A DNA stretch of 17,291 nucleotides from Bdellovibrionota bacterium. GTDB lineage: Bacteria > Bdellovibrionota_C > UBA2361 > CALJRW01. Positions 8,679 through 16,828 of the stretch are shown one piece after another. Location: assembly GCA_041740355.1 (NCBI GenBank), contig JBGSMD010000007.1, forward strand, positions 1 through 17,291. Direction: 5' to 3'. The notes beneath the pieces were generated by a model, which saw only the letters and a program-made list of their open reading frames with translations, was not told the DNA's origin and made no database searches. A program made the translations under genes and the position numbers. Positions within the stretch are counted from its first letter, which is position 1. Each line of letters starts with the position of its first letter.

Positions 8679-11600
8679 ATGACATCCTACTTTAACTGTC
8701 GATTAGAGCTAATTAGTGCTCCAAAGTTTATTAGCCCCGGCGAGTCCGTTATGTTCGTCGTAAAGATCTACAAGGAAACTGAACAAGATTGGTTATATGA
8801 TCCGGAAAAGCTTTTTAATCTTTCTTACCACTGGCGAGATAGCAATAATCAGATAATTGTTTGGGATGGTGTTAGAACGGAGCTTCCACAATTAAGGTTT
8901 TCGGAAGGGCAGACATTCCCAATGAGAGTTATTGCTCCGGATATTTCTGGAGAATGGTTATTGGAAATTACACTTGTCCAAGATAATGTCGCTTGGTTCC
9001 CAGAGGAGGACTGCCCACCAATCAAATACCTAACTGAGGTGAAGTCTCAGGTTTTAAATCAGAATGATATAGAACGTTTAAATTATCTTCAGCAATTATC
9101 AACTTTAAATAAAAACTTTTACTCTTGGGATGAGTATCTATCTTGGTCTACGATAAATCGGGTTTTATTTGCTCCCTATAGTGAGATCGATCATACTATC
9201 TTACGAACATTTGCTGGATATCAGGATTATTTTAAATCAATTTATCTTGAAAAAACGATTGAACCATTAGTTTCGATTATTATGCCCGTGTATAACCGGG
9301 CGACAATTGTTTCCAAAGCAATTGAGTCAATCCTTTTACAATCGTATCAAAACTGGGAACTGTGGATCATTGATGATTGTTCGAGCGATCAAACAATTAA
9401 TGTTTTGGAATCCTATTCCGATTCTAGAATTAAGATTCTGCAACTTCCCGACAATCAAGGACAAAGCGTTGCCCGTAATTTAGGCCTTAAGCATTCTCGC
9501 GGGGAGTATTTATGTTATTTAGATTCAGATAATTATTGGAGTTCCGATTATTTATCCTTAATGATTAACTCCTTGCTAGAACATCCAGAAGCCAAATCAG
9601 TTTACTGTGCACAACAATGCGAAGAATATTTTATTAATGAAAAGATTGAATACCTACGTTTTGGTTGTTTTAATCGATCGCTGTTAGAGAATAAAAACTA
9701 CATCGACATCAACTGTTTCCTACACCATCGTTCACTTTATAATTCCTATGGAGGCTTCAAATCAGAACTTCGTTCCTGCGAAGACTGGGAGTTAATCCTT
9801 AGGTACACTAGCCAAGATCTTCCAATCGCTTTACCAGCAATTCTATCTTTTTATCTTTACGACACAAACTACTCACATGCCTCTGGAAGTCAGTCGGAGA
9901 GCAGTATCGAAACTGAAATTAATAAATTATTCTCCACAAGATATTTTCAAAGAAAGGATCTTAATCCAAAATTACCCTTTCCTGCCTTAGATAATATTAA
10001 TTTTTATCCTGCTTCAGCAAACACCAGTTTTAACTTAGTAAAAAGAATAACTATTATTATTCCTAGTTACCAAGAAGCCCATTGCCTTGAAACTTGTATT
10101 TTATCAATCTTAAAATTCACACCAGAAGATAAATTTCAGGTAATCATAGTGGACAATGCCTCGAATCAGGAGGTTCAACAACTATTAGATCTTTATCAAG
10201 CTAATGAAAACTTTACGATTATTCGTAATCAAAAGAATCTTGGTTTTACATTTGCAGTAAATCAAGGAATTCAAATCGCCGAAGCAGAATCTGATATTGT
10301 CTTACTAAATAATGATACAATTGTAACAGAAGGTTGGCTGGCAGCGCTTCAAGAAGTGACTGTCTTAAGGAAGAATGCTGGAATTATTGTTCCCCAACAG
10401 GTATTACCTGCCAACACCGAAACAATCCTAAAGCACTTGCCATACGCAAATTCTAAAATCGAAGTTGATGTTAGCTTATCTCAACACCATCATAACTTAA
10501 CTAATCCACAAATTAACAACTATGATGGACTACTGGAACTTAACTTTGCTCCATTTTTTTGTGTCTATCTTACTCGAACTTGCCTAAACAAACTTAGATC
10601 GCTTGATGCCACTAATGGACGACATTACTTTTCTGACAACATTTACTGCAACTTAATTCGTGATCTTAGTAATTTAAAAATCTTCTATACGCCGAAATCG
10701 AAAGTATATCATTTATTACAACAATCAACAAAAGCATTAGCTAATATTCCAGGAGATTATCAAGAAATATTCTTAGATAAGTCTTGGAAAGGATATCCCC
10801 AGTTAAGTCAAAATAATAGTTCTGAAAAAGCGTACATAAATTATCCAAACCTACATATTGAACCTTTTCAAGCTCCACAAAATCTCACTCCCCTTTCTGA
10901 AATTCAAATAAAACTAATTAACGACTTTACTAGTCTTTATTATAGTCTTTGGGAATATGGAACTACTCATTCTCGTCATACTCTTAGCTCTTGGTGGCTT
11001 GGACATCTTGCTCAAAAATGCCCTCTTGATCTATGGATCTATCAGGAAATTTTGACTGAAACTCAGCCAGATCTAATTATCAAATGTGGCACTAATCATG
11101 CAGGCAGCACGCTGTTTCTTGCCTCAATCTGTGAGCTATTAGGAAAGGGAAGTGTCTTAAGTATTGATATTGAAGCTAAGCCGGATCGACCTGCTCACTC
11201 TCGAATTAAATATTTAAATGGCTCAAGTACAGATCCTAAGATAGTAGAACAGGTGCGAGTAATTGCTAAGAACTCAACTAGTATAATGGTAATTTTAGAT
11301 TCTGATCACTCCAAGCAGCATGTTTGGCGGGAGTTAAATATATATTCAGGTTTTGTAACAAACGGTAATTATCTAATTGTAGAAGACACTGCAATTAATG
11401 GGCACCCTTATCTCCCTGACTTTGGCCCAGGACCAATGGAGGCCCTTAATGAATTCTTATTGATTAACAAATCATTTCAAATTGATTTAGATCGTGAAAG
11501 ATTTCTAACTACACTAAATCCTCGAGGCTACCTGAAAAAGGTTACAACCAATACCACGATTTATAGCCCCCAAAAGAGTTTAAAGGGTGAAGATAGTATT

Positions 11601-13196
11601 AATGTTTTAATGGAAGAATTGCTGAATCTTAATAATTTAGCGATGGAAACAGAAACTCAATATCCAGTTTGGCAACCGACGGATCTACTTGGACGATTAG
11701 AACTCAGAGAGTCTGGATTAGACTGGCCAGAGTCGGCACTAACTATGATTGGATATAAAAGACTACAGCAGTTTAGAGTAGCTATTGAAGAAGTATTAGA
11801 TTTAGGAATTCCAGGTGATATTGTAGAAGCTGGTGTTTGGCGAGGGGGCGCTTGCATCCTTGCCCGGGCAATTTTAAAATCTAGAAACATCTCCGATCGT
11901 TCCGTCTGGGTAGTTGATAGTTTTGCAGGTCTTCCGATTCGCAATTCTAATAAGTATCCGGCGGATTCAAACGATCAACATTATGAGCACACTGTGCTTC
12001 AAATTTCAGAGGATCAGGTAAAAGCTAACTTCCAAAAATATGACTTACTTGATCAGCAAGTAAAATTTTTACCTGGATGGTTTTCCAATACCTTACCGAA
12101 CTGTATAATTCAAGAAATTGCGGTTTTGCGATTAGATGGCGATCTATATGAATCAACACTTGATTCCTTAAATTCACTTTATCCAAAGCTTCTTCCAGGT
12201 GGTATTATTATCATTGATGATTACTCCGCAATCCCTAGTTGTAAGCAAGCTGTCAATGATTATCGTGAAAAATTCCAGATTGAAAGTGAAATTATTAATA
12301 TCGACGGAACTGGAGTTTATTGGCGGAAGTCCAGTAAATTAAGTTGTGAAGAAATCGATATTCTTCAAAAAACTATCGATTCTATTTCGCAAGACTCATG
12401 TTACGATCTCTGGATTAACGACTTACCTGATAATGAAAAAATAATTACTGAATGTCGTGAGCTAATTCAGAAGGAAGAGATTGATCAAGCCAAGGCTCTG
12501 TTAAATCATATTCTTCAACAGGAAAGTAATTATATGCCAGCTCATCAATTACTAGCAGAGATAGAATTTCCTGGTCCAGATTATCTAGAAAAGCTTAAAG
12601 AACTTCATCATAAATATAATCCTAGAGTATATATAGAATTAGGGGTTTTCAAAGGACAGTCATTGAAGCTTGCCCAAAATACTAAGCGCATTGGAGTCGA
12701 TCCACGTCCATTATTACCATCAGAATGGAATAGCACTTGTGACCTTTACTTAATGACCAGCTCAGAATTTTTTGCCAAAGGACATGCCGATTTTGCATTC
12801 CAGTCAGAATCATTTGATTTGGCTTTCATTGATGGGTCACATCACTTTGAGCAGGCACTACTTGATTTTATGTCCTTGGAAAGATTCGCAAATTCTAATT
12901 CCCGCATTATACTTCATGATACCTTGCCAATAAACTCCTCTGTTGCAGACAGTCTTCGTTCGACAACATTTTATACTGGTGATATTTGGAAGTTATTATT
13001 AATTCTTATTCAAACTAGGCCCGATCTGGAAATTGAGACATACCCATGCTACCCAAGTGGACTAACATTAATTTCTAACTTAGATAACAAAAATAATTTC
13101 CTCTGGGAAAATTACCATCAACTTGTGACTGAATTTCAAAAATGTGACTTTGATACTTTCTTAAAAAATAAATGTGACTTTGGAATTATTAGCTAA
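8679..13196 (+). CDS. Multidomain glycosyltransferase / O-methyltransferase fusion (Ig-like + GT2 + GT2 + CmcI-like + TylF/MycF-like + class I SAM Methyltransf_24-like)
   Basis: 1505-aa ORF. Ig-like N-terminus LSYHW...WDGVRT...LVQDNVAWF. GT2 #1 VSIIMPVYN...IDDCSSD...YLDSD...EDWEL (~9264-9860). GT2 #2 ITIIIPSY...VDNAS...NLGFTFAVNQG...LLNND (~10041-10790). CmcI-like KCPLDLWIYQEIL...ILDSDH...YLIVEDT...NPRGYLKK (~10910-11543). TylF-like DWP...TMIG...GDIVEAGVWRGG...RLDGDLYEST...IIDDY (~11691-12329). Final methyltransferase YIELGVFKG...AFIDGSH...IILHD (~12576-13196). Confidence 0.9.
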   Translation: MTSYFNCRLELISAPKFISPGESVMFVVKIYKETEQDWLYDPEKLFNLSYHWRDSNNQIIVWDGVRTELPQLRFSEGQTFPMRVIAPDISGEWLLEITLVQDNVAWFPEEDCPPIKYLTEVKSQVLNQNDIERLNYLQQLSTLNKNFYSWDEYLSWSTINRVLFAPYSEIDHTILRTFAGYQDYFKSIYLEKTIEPLVSIIMPVYNRATIVSKAIESILLQSYQNWELWIIDDCSSDQTINVLESYSDSRIKILQLPDNQGQSVARNLGLKHSRGEYLCYLDSDNYWSSDYLSLMINSLLEHPEAKSVYCAQQCEEYFINEKIEYLRFGCFNRSLLENKNYIDINCFLHHRSLYNSYGGFKSELRSCEDWELILRYTSQDLPIALPAILSFYLYDTNYSHASGSQSESSIETEINKLFSTRYFQRKDLNPKLPFPALDNINFYPASANTSFNLVKRITIIIPSYQEAHCLETCILSILKFTPEDKFQVIIVDNASNQEVQQLLDLYQANENFTIIRNQKNLGFTFAVNQGIQIAEAESDIVLLNNDTIVTEGWLAALQEVTVLRKNAGIIVPQQVLPANTETILKHLPYANSKIEVDVSLSQHHHNLTNPQINNYDGLLELNFAPFFCVYLTRTCLNKLRSLDATNGRHYFSDNIYCNLIRDLSNLKIFYTPKSKVYHLLQQSTKALANIPGDYQEIFLDKSWKGYPQLSQNNSSEKAYINYPNLHIEPFQAPQNLTPLSEIQIKLINDFTSLYYSLWEYGTTHSRHTLSSWWLGHLAQKCPLDLWIYQEILTETQPDLIIKCGTNHAGSTLFLASICELLGKGSVLSIDIEAKPDRPAHSRIKYLNGSSTDPKIVEQVRVIAKNSTSIMVILDSDHSKQHVWRELNIYSGFVTNGNYLIVEDTAINGHPYLPDFGPGPMEALNEFLLINKSFQIDLDRERFLTTLNPRGYLKKVTTNTTIYSPQKSLKGEDSINVLMEELLNLNNLAMETETQYPVWQPTDLLGRLELRESGLDWPESALTMIGYKRLQQFRVAIEEVLDLGIPGDIVEAGVWRGGACILARAILKSRNISDRSVWVVDSFAGLPIRNSNKYPADSNDQHYEHTVLQISEDQVKANFQKYDLLDQQVKFLPGWFSNTLPNCIIQEIAVLRLDGDLYESTLDSLNSLYPKLLPGGIIIIDDYSAIPSCKQAVNDYREKFQIESEIINIDGTGVYWRKSSKLSCEEIDILQKTIDSISQDSCYDLWINDLPDNEKIITECRELIQKEEIDQAKALLNHILQQESNYMPAHQLLAEIEFPGPDYLEKLKELHHKYNPRVYIELGVFKGQSLKLAQNTKRIGVDPRPLLPSEWNSTCDLYLMTSSEFFAKGHADFAFQSESFDLAFIDGSHHFEQALLDFMSLERFANSNSRIILHDTLPINSSVADSLRSTTFYTGDIWKLLLILIQTRPDLEIETYPCYPSGLTLISNLDNKNNFLWENYHQLVTEFQKCDFDTFLKNKCDFGIIS

Positions 13197-13475
13197 ACAC
13201 TTTATTTGTAAGAGGAAAATACCGCCGGATTCTTCCCTAACAATAAATGATAATTGCTCTCGGTCGATCACTTTAACCTCACATCAAAAGCAAAACATAG
13301 ACAGATGTGTCACTAATAATAAGTAGTAAATTCAAATAATGAAAAGATAAAATTTAATATTTTTAAAAATCAGAGAAGTATTTATAGTGACTCCAAAAAA
13401 TAAATCACTTTAAAAGAGTAACGATTTTGCTTGTCCTCACTATCTATCTTGATTTTAGCTATGCTAACTTGGATA

Positions 13476-13506
13476 TCTGCCGTAGCTTTTGCTTTGGCGA
13501 GAGAGG
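13476..13506. repeat. REP-like GC-rich 31-bp insertion
   Basis: TCTGCCGTAGCTTTTGCTTTGGCGAGAGAGG is absent from the homologous position of the 17153 copy (empty site CTTGGATA|AAACCAAG). Its reverse-complement core GCAAAAGCTACGGCAGA matches 17101-17117 at 14/17. Confidence 0.75.
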
Positions 13507-13553
13507 AAACCAAGATTGGTATTAGCCGTAATGACTCGGTTCAATTTACTAAC

Positions 13554-13585
13554 CAGCCTTCGCTGAAGCTTCAGCTAGGCAGGCA
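13554..13585. repeat. REP-like palindromic 32-bp insertion
   Basis: CAGCCTTCGCTGAAGCTTCAGCTAGGCAGGCA, containing the perfect 14-bp palindrome GCTGAAGCTTCAGC. Absent from the 17153 copy (empty site AATTTACTAAC|GTAAATT). The core matches 17096-17114 at 17/19. Confidence 0.8.
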
Positions 13586-13697
13586 GTAAATTTTTTTTGT
13601 CATTACTATATAATCAGTGGTGCTTATAAATTATATTAAATATGGTTAATTCCATCTAGTAAAGAAACTGTGTATATTAATACTATTAATACAACTT

Positions 13698-13722
13698 CTC
13701 TAAATGCTGCTGGCATTTAGAG
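13698..13722. other. Stem-loop upstream of udk (function unknown)
   Basis: Perfect 10-bp inverted repeat CTCTAAATGC-tgctg-GCATTTAGAG, extendable through ACAA/TTGT. No clear U-tract. Confidence 0.45.
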
Positions 13723-13826
13723 CTTGTTATAATTATAGTATTCCAGTCAGAGCGACTCCCTTGGTTCGCATTAAGCACTTGATGATTGATATACTAGCCC
13801 AATATTTTTAAATATAATAATTCTCA

Positions 13827-14483
13827 ATGTCGCCTAGCGTTTACATAATTGGAATTGCCGGAGGCACTGCTAGTGGTAAAACAACTTTTGCAGATAATTT
13901 GCTTAACACCTTAAGCGCATATCGTCCTGCTTTAATTAGCCTAGATTCCTATTATCATAACCAAGACCATCTAACTCCGGACGAAAGGATTAATACTAAC
14001 TATGATCATCCGAATGCATTTGATCTCGATCTTCTGATACAGAATCTAAATCAACTAAAGTCTGGCCTGCCCACAGAAGTTCCAATTTATAATTTCTCGA
14101 CTCATACCCGTGCTAAAAATACTCAAAGTATTGCTCCTACAAATTTAATAATTGTTGAAGGTATTCTAACTTTACATTATTGGGAAATTCGCGAAGCGCT
14201 TAATTGGAAAATATTTATTTCTGCCTCCGATCAAGTTCGACTTAATCGTCGAATCAATCGAGATCGTATCGAGCGTAATAGAAGCGAGGATGAAGTGCTT
14301 AGGCAATGGCAAGAAACAGTGGTGCCGATGCACCAACAATATTGCGAAGCAACAAAAATATTTGCTAACCATATAGTTTCAGGGGAAACGCTCGACTTGT
14401 ATCAGAATAAAGAAGACAATGAAATTATTGTGCAAGCAATAAAAAATTTTGCGGAAAAGATTCCAAAAATTGATTTGAATTAA
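13827..14483 (+). CDS. udk: Uridine kinase
   Basis: 218 aa. P-loop IGIAGGTASGKTT plus DSYY, NYDHPNAFD, PIYNFSTHTR, IIVEGIL and RRINRD..ER..R motifs typical of Udk. Confidence 0.93.
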   Translation: MSPSVYIIGIAGGTASGKTTFADNLLNTLSAYRPALISLDSYYHNQDHLTPDERINTNYDHPNAFDLDLLIQNLNQLKSGLPTEVPIYNFSTHTRAKNTQSIAPTNLIIVEGILTLHYWEIREALNWKIFISASDQVRLNRRINRDRIERNRSEDEVLRQWQETVVPMHQQYCEATKIFANHIVSGETLDLYQNKEDNEIIVQAIKNFAEKIPKIDLN

Positions 14484-14569
14484 AGAAAATTATTTCTGTG
14501 GCTAGAAGATTTACGAAACGAATTGTTTAAATTTTATAAAAATCTAAATACTGAACGATTAAGATAATC

Positions 14570-14716
14570 ATAGAAAGTCCAAAAAGTAATTTACGTAAGA
14601 AAATTACTTTTTGGGGCGTTCTATCCCCCGCAAGCGTTATAAAATCATACGGTTATGACAAAAAAGCAAATTAATCTTTATACTTTTTACGTAATTTATT
14701 TTTTGTCATCACTATA
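14570..14716. repeat. Double-foldback MITE-like repeat (module A, copy 2)
   Basis: Homolog of 1-139. Perfect 14-bp inverted repeat CCAAAAAGTAATTT (14579-14592) / AAATTACTTTTTGG (14601-14614). Second hairpin GGTTATGACAAAAAA...TTTTTTGTCATCACTATA (14651-14716). Lies between the convergent udk and PLP-enzyme genes. Confidence 0.85.
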
Positions 14717-14725
14717 AATGATTGT

Positions 14726-15901
14726 TTATGATCTATTTGCTTGTAATTGCATAAATTTCAAAGGGCTATTTCTCTCTAAGGTCTTAGCAATTAAAGAGAG
14801 TCCATAATCAAATTCAGATTCTGTTCGATTAAGTGGAATACGGAAAAAATTACGATAGTAGGGATTGTTATCTTGAAAGAAACAATCAAGCTGAATCATT
14901 CCTGCTTCATTATTCTCTGGTAGAATGTTTGGATAATACTCAGAAATTTTATGATTCAACATGGCAAATGGTCCAGCTTGAAAATCAAGAATTTCGATAT
15001 CCTCGTGGTCACGAAATGTTTCTTTAAGTTTATAATAATTTCTTAAAATACATTGATTTAAATTGTTTAAATAGGTGGAGTCGTTTGCTACCGCATAAAA
15101 TATTTTATAAAACTTAATCCGACATTCCATGCTAATTGCAGAATCCGGATCAAAATTAAAATTTATAATCTTGGCACACTGCTCTAGTGGAGTTTTAAAG
15201 GCACCTGTAAAGATATTATTTCTGATCAAATCTAGATAGTAAGAGTCACCAGCAATAAGTGCGGCTTTACCATATAAATGATGAATTAATTTACTAGAAT
15301 CACAAATTGTTAAGCAATTAGTGAAATCACTCCTTAAATCTAAGGCTAAAGGAATAGAGATTTGGAACGGATTATTTAATATCATTGACTGATCAACTAC
15401 TAAACAGGCATCATGATCTTTTGCTAATTTTGCTAAAGTAATTAATTGCTCAGAATTATAAACATACCCGAGAGGATTATTTGGGCAGGAAATATAGATA
15501 GCATTAATTTCCGGTTCCTCTATAAAAGCCTGACAAAGTGGCTCGATCGAATTATCCATACAAAGAACAGTAATAATCTTCACATCAGGACGAGTCTTCT
15601 GAATTATTTCAATTGCCAAATCCAAGTTTGGTTCTGGAATTAGTAACTTTCCATCGATCGGAATAATCGAAAAAAGTGAGTAAAGAATACTTTGAGAACA
15701 GGAGTGAGTTGATATGGAATTGTTGGGTATCTGATTAGTCAGTAATCGATTAAAAGCACTGAGATAACTTGATTCACTGTAATTATATACTCCAGAATGA
15801 ATAATTAAGTCATCTAAAAAAGATTTACTAGGATAACCTAAAGCAAACGGAGTATGGCTTAATGTGGAGGCACGATTAGTGACAGTATTTGCTGATTTCA
15901 T
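14726..15901 (-). CDS. Divergent fold-type-I PLP-dependent enzyme (aminotransferase class I/II superfamily)
   Basis: 391 aa. IYISCPNNPLGYVY, LVVD (D170, PLP-ring Asp position), DSSK (K204, Schiff-base Lys position) and C-terminal FFRIPL (substrate-carboxylate Arg position). Confidence 0.85.
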   Translation of the reverse strand: MKSANTVTNRASTLSHTPFALGYPSKSFLDDLIIHSGVYNYSESSYLSAFNRLLTNQIPNNSISTHSCSQSILYSLFSIIPIDGKLLIPEPNLDLAIEIIQKTRPDVKIITVLCMDNSIEPLCQAFIEEPEINAIYISCPNNPLGYVYNSEQLITLAKLAKDHDACLVVDQSMILNNPFQISIPLALDLRSDFTNCLTICDSSKLIHHLYGKAALIAGDSYYLDLIRNNIFTGAFKTPLEQCAKIINFNFDPDSAISMECRIKFYKIFYAVANDSTYLNNLNQCILRNYYKLKETFRDHEDIEILDFQAGPFAMLNHKISEYYPNILPENNEAGMIQLDCFFQDNNPYYRNFFRIPLNRTESEFDYGLSLIAKTLERNSPLKFMQLQANRS

Positions 15902-16743
15902 ATCTTATCTTTTAAACCAAAAAACTGATCAAACTTAGCACTCATTTTATTTACTTTATTTAAATTATGTTCAATTAGCAGAGTGCATTTACCTTCTTGA
16001 AGTAATATCTGATTAAAATCCATTTTAAACTGACTTGGGTTTTTAAAACTATTATGATTACTCATTAAATTAGCAATTTGATTGTGAATTTTTGGACTTA
16101 TATAGACCTTTAACAAGTAGGGACTAGAAACTGAATAATAAGTCTCTTCGTCAATCGAAAAAGCCGATAAGGAATCAGAAACTTCCCCAGAAATACCAAC
16201 TAAAAATTGACGTACTAATTCATTGGCGGGTGAAGGGTTCCCAATTACTAAGTAATAAGACAATTTTTTCTTAAGTAAAATTTCACGAAATTGATTCTCT
16301 TCTCCCACACCTGAATAATCAAACCAACAATATGGTGCCCATTCATAAATCTTTTTGGACTTATTTTTCAAAGCAAAACCAATAATTATCTGTCCCCAAT
16401 AAACACAAAGTGATTTTAAATCTTTAAATTCGATCTGCATCTTTTCAGAAACATCTGGAAAAAGATGTTGTAGATTGTCTGGCTTTAAATAATTTTTTTC
16501 AACTTCACGAAACAACTTACTGAGATCATTAACCCATCCAAGTCTAAGTTGATAAGTGTTTGCTCGATGCACAAGGATACCAACAGCCTTCAGTTTTCGT
16601 AATTCCTGATATACGGATGATAAATTATAAGAAGTCTTTGCTTTTGTTAGGTGAGCATGTATCTCTTTGGCGCTTTGTCCTGGCTGCAGAGCTAATATCT
16701 GAATAATTAGGTCTTCAAGTTTTACTTTAGAAGAGAGCAACAT
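15898..16743 (-). CDS. Winged helix-turn-helix domain protein, putative transcriptional regulator
   Basis: 281 aa. The N-terminal ~70 aa show a wHTH pattern (LIIQIL..QPGQSAKEIHAHL....YNLSSVYQELRKLKAVGILVH..NTYQL). The C-terminal domain is not recognised. ATGA overlap (15898-15901) with the downstream PLP enzyme. Confidence 0.75.
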   Translation of the reverse strand: MLLSSKVKLEDLIIQILALQPGQSAKEIHAHLTKAKTSYNLSSVYQELRKLKAVGILVHRANTYQLRLGWVNDLSKLFREVEKNYLKPDNLQHLFPDVSEKMQIEFKDLKSLCVYWGQIIIGFALKNKSKKIYEWAPYCWFDYSGVGEENQFREILLKKKLSYYLVIGNPSPANELVRQFLVGISGEVSDSLSAFSIDEETYYSVSSPYLLKVYISPKIHNQIANLMSNHNSFKNPSQFKMDFNQILLQEGKCTLLIEHNLNKVNKMSAKFDQFFGLKDKI

Positions 16744-16784
16744 TGATTATTAAGTTTAAATTGATTTGGCGCTAATTAGGGGTG

Positions 16785-16828
16785 TATGTAGATTACATAA
16801 TCAACTCAACAGTTATGCATTTTGCATA
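16785..16828. promoter_or_regulatory. Tandem 15-bp palindromes, candidate operator sites
   Basis: TATGTA-GAT-TACATA (16785-16799) and TATGCA-TTT-TGCATA (16814-16828) share the consensus TATGYA-N3-TRCATA and lie 42-85 bp upstream of the wHTH gene start. Confidence 0.5.

Larger units (their letters stand above)
13383..13610 (-). mobile_element. MITE-like element (module B, full copy, carrying two small insertions)
   Basis: Imperfect terminal inverted repeats TATAGTGACTCCAAAAAATAAATCAC (13383-13408) and GTAAATTTTTTTTGTCATTACTATA (13586-13610), both TA-ended. After removing the two inserts, its reverse complement matches 17153-17291 at about 90% (13 mismatches + 1 gap in 139 nt, counted by hand). 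No transposase ORF. Confidence 0.8.

Noticed and set aside
11657-11944. 95-aa - strand ORF
   Set aside because: Antisense shadow of the TylF-like domain.
13140-13182. AAATGTGACTTTG repeated at 30-bp spacing (KCDF twice) at the end of the fusion gene
   Set aside because: Only two short copies inside coding sequence; at most a minor local duplication, not an array.
14484-14567. Udk frame stays open for about 27 codons after its TAA
   Set aside because: Udk is already full length and the extension is within chance expectation; no evidence of readthrough.
14579-14716. Module A called simply as a bidirectional rho-independent terminator
   Set aside because: It may act as one between the convergent genes, but the stems are AT-rich, lack a GC stem plus U-tract, and are explained by the repeat family.
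14172-15643. Three 64-66-aa ORFs opposite udk and the PLP enzyme
   Set aside because: Short antisense ORFs within well-supported genes.
16785-16828. Palindromes considered as ArgR ARG boxes, tempting given the arginine-oxidase-like neighbour
   Set aside because: Half-site spacing is shorter than the TGAAT-N4-ATTCA ARG core, and the two sites are 14 bp apart rather than 2-3 bp.
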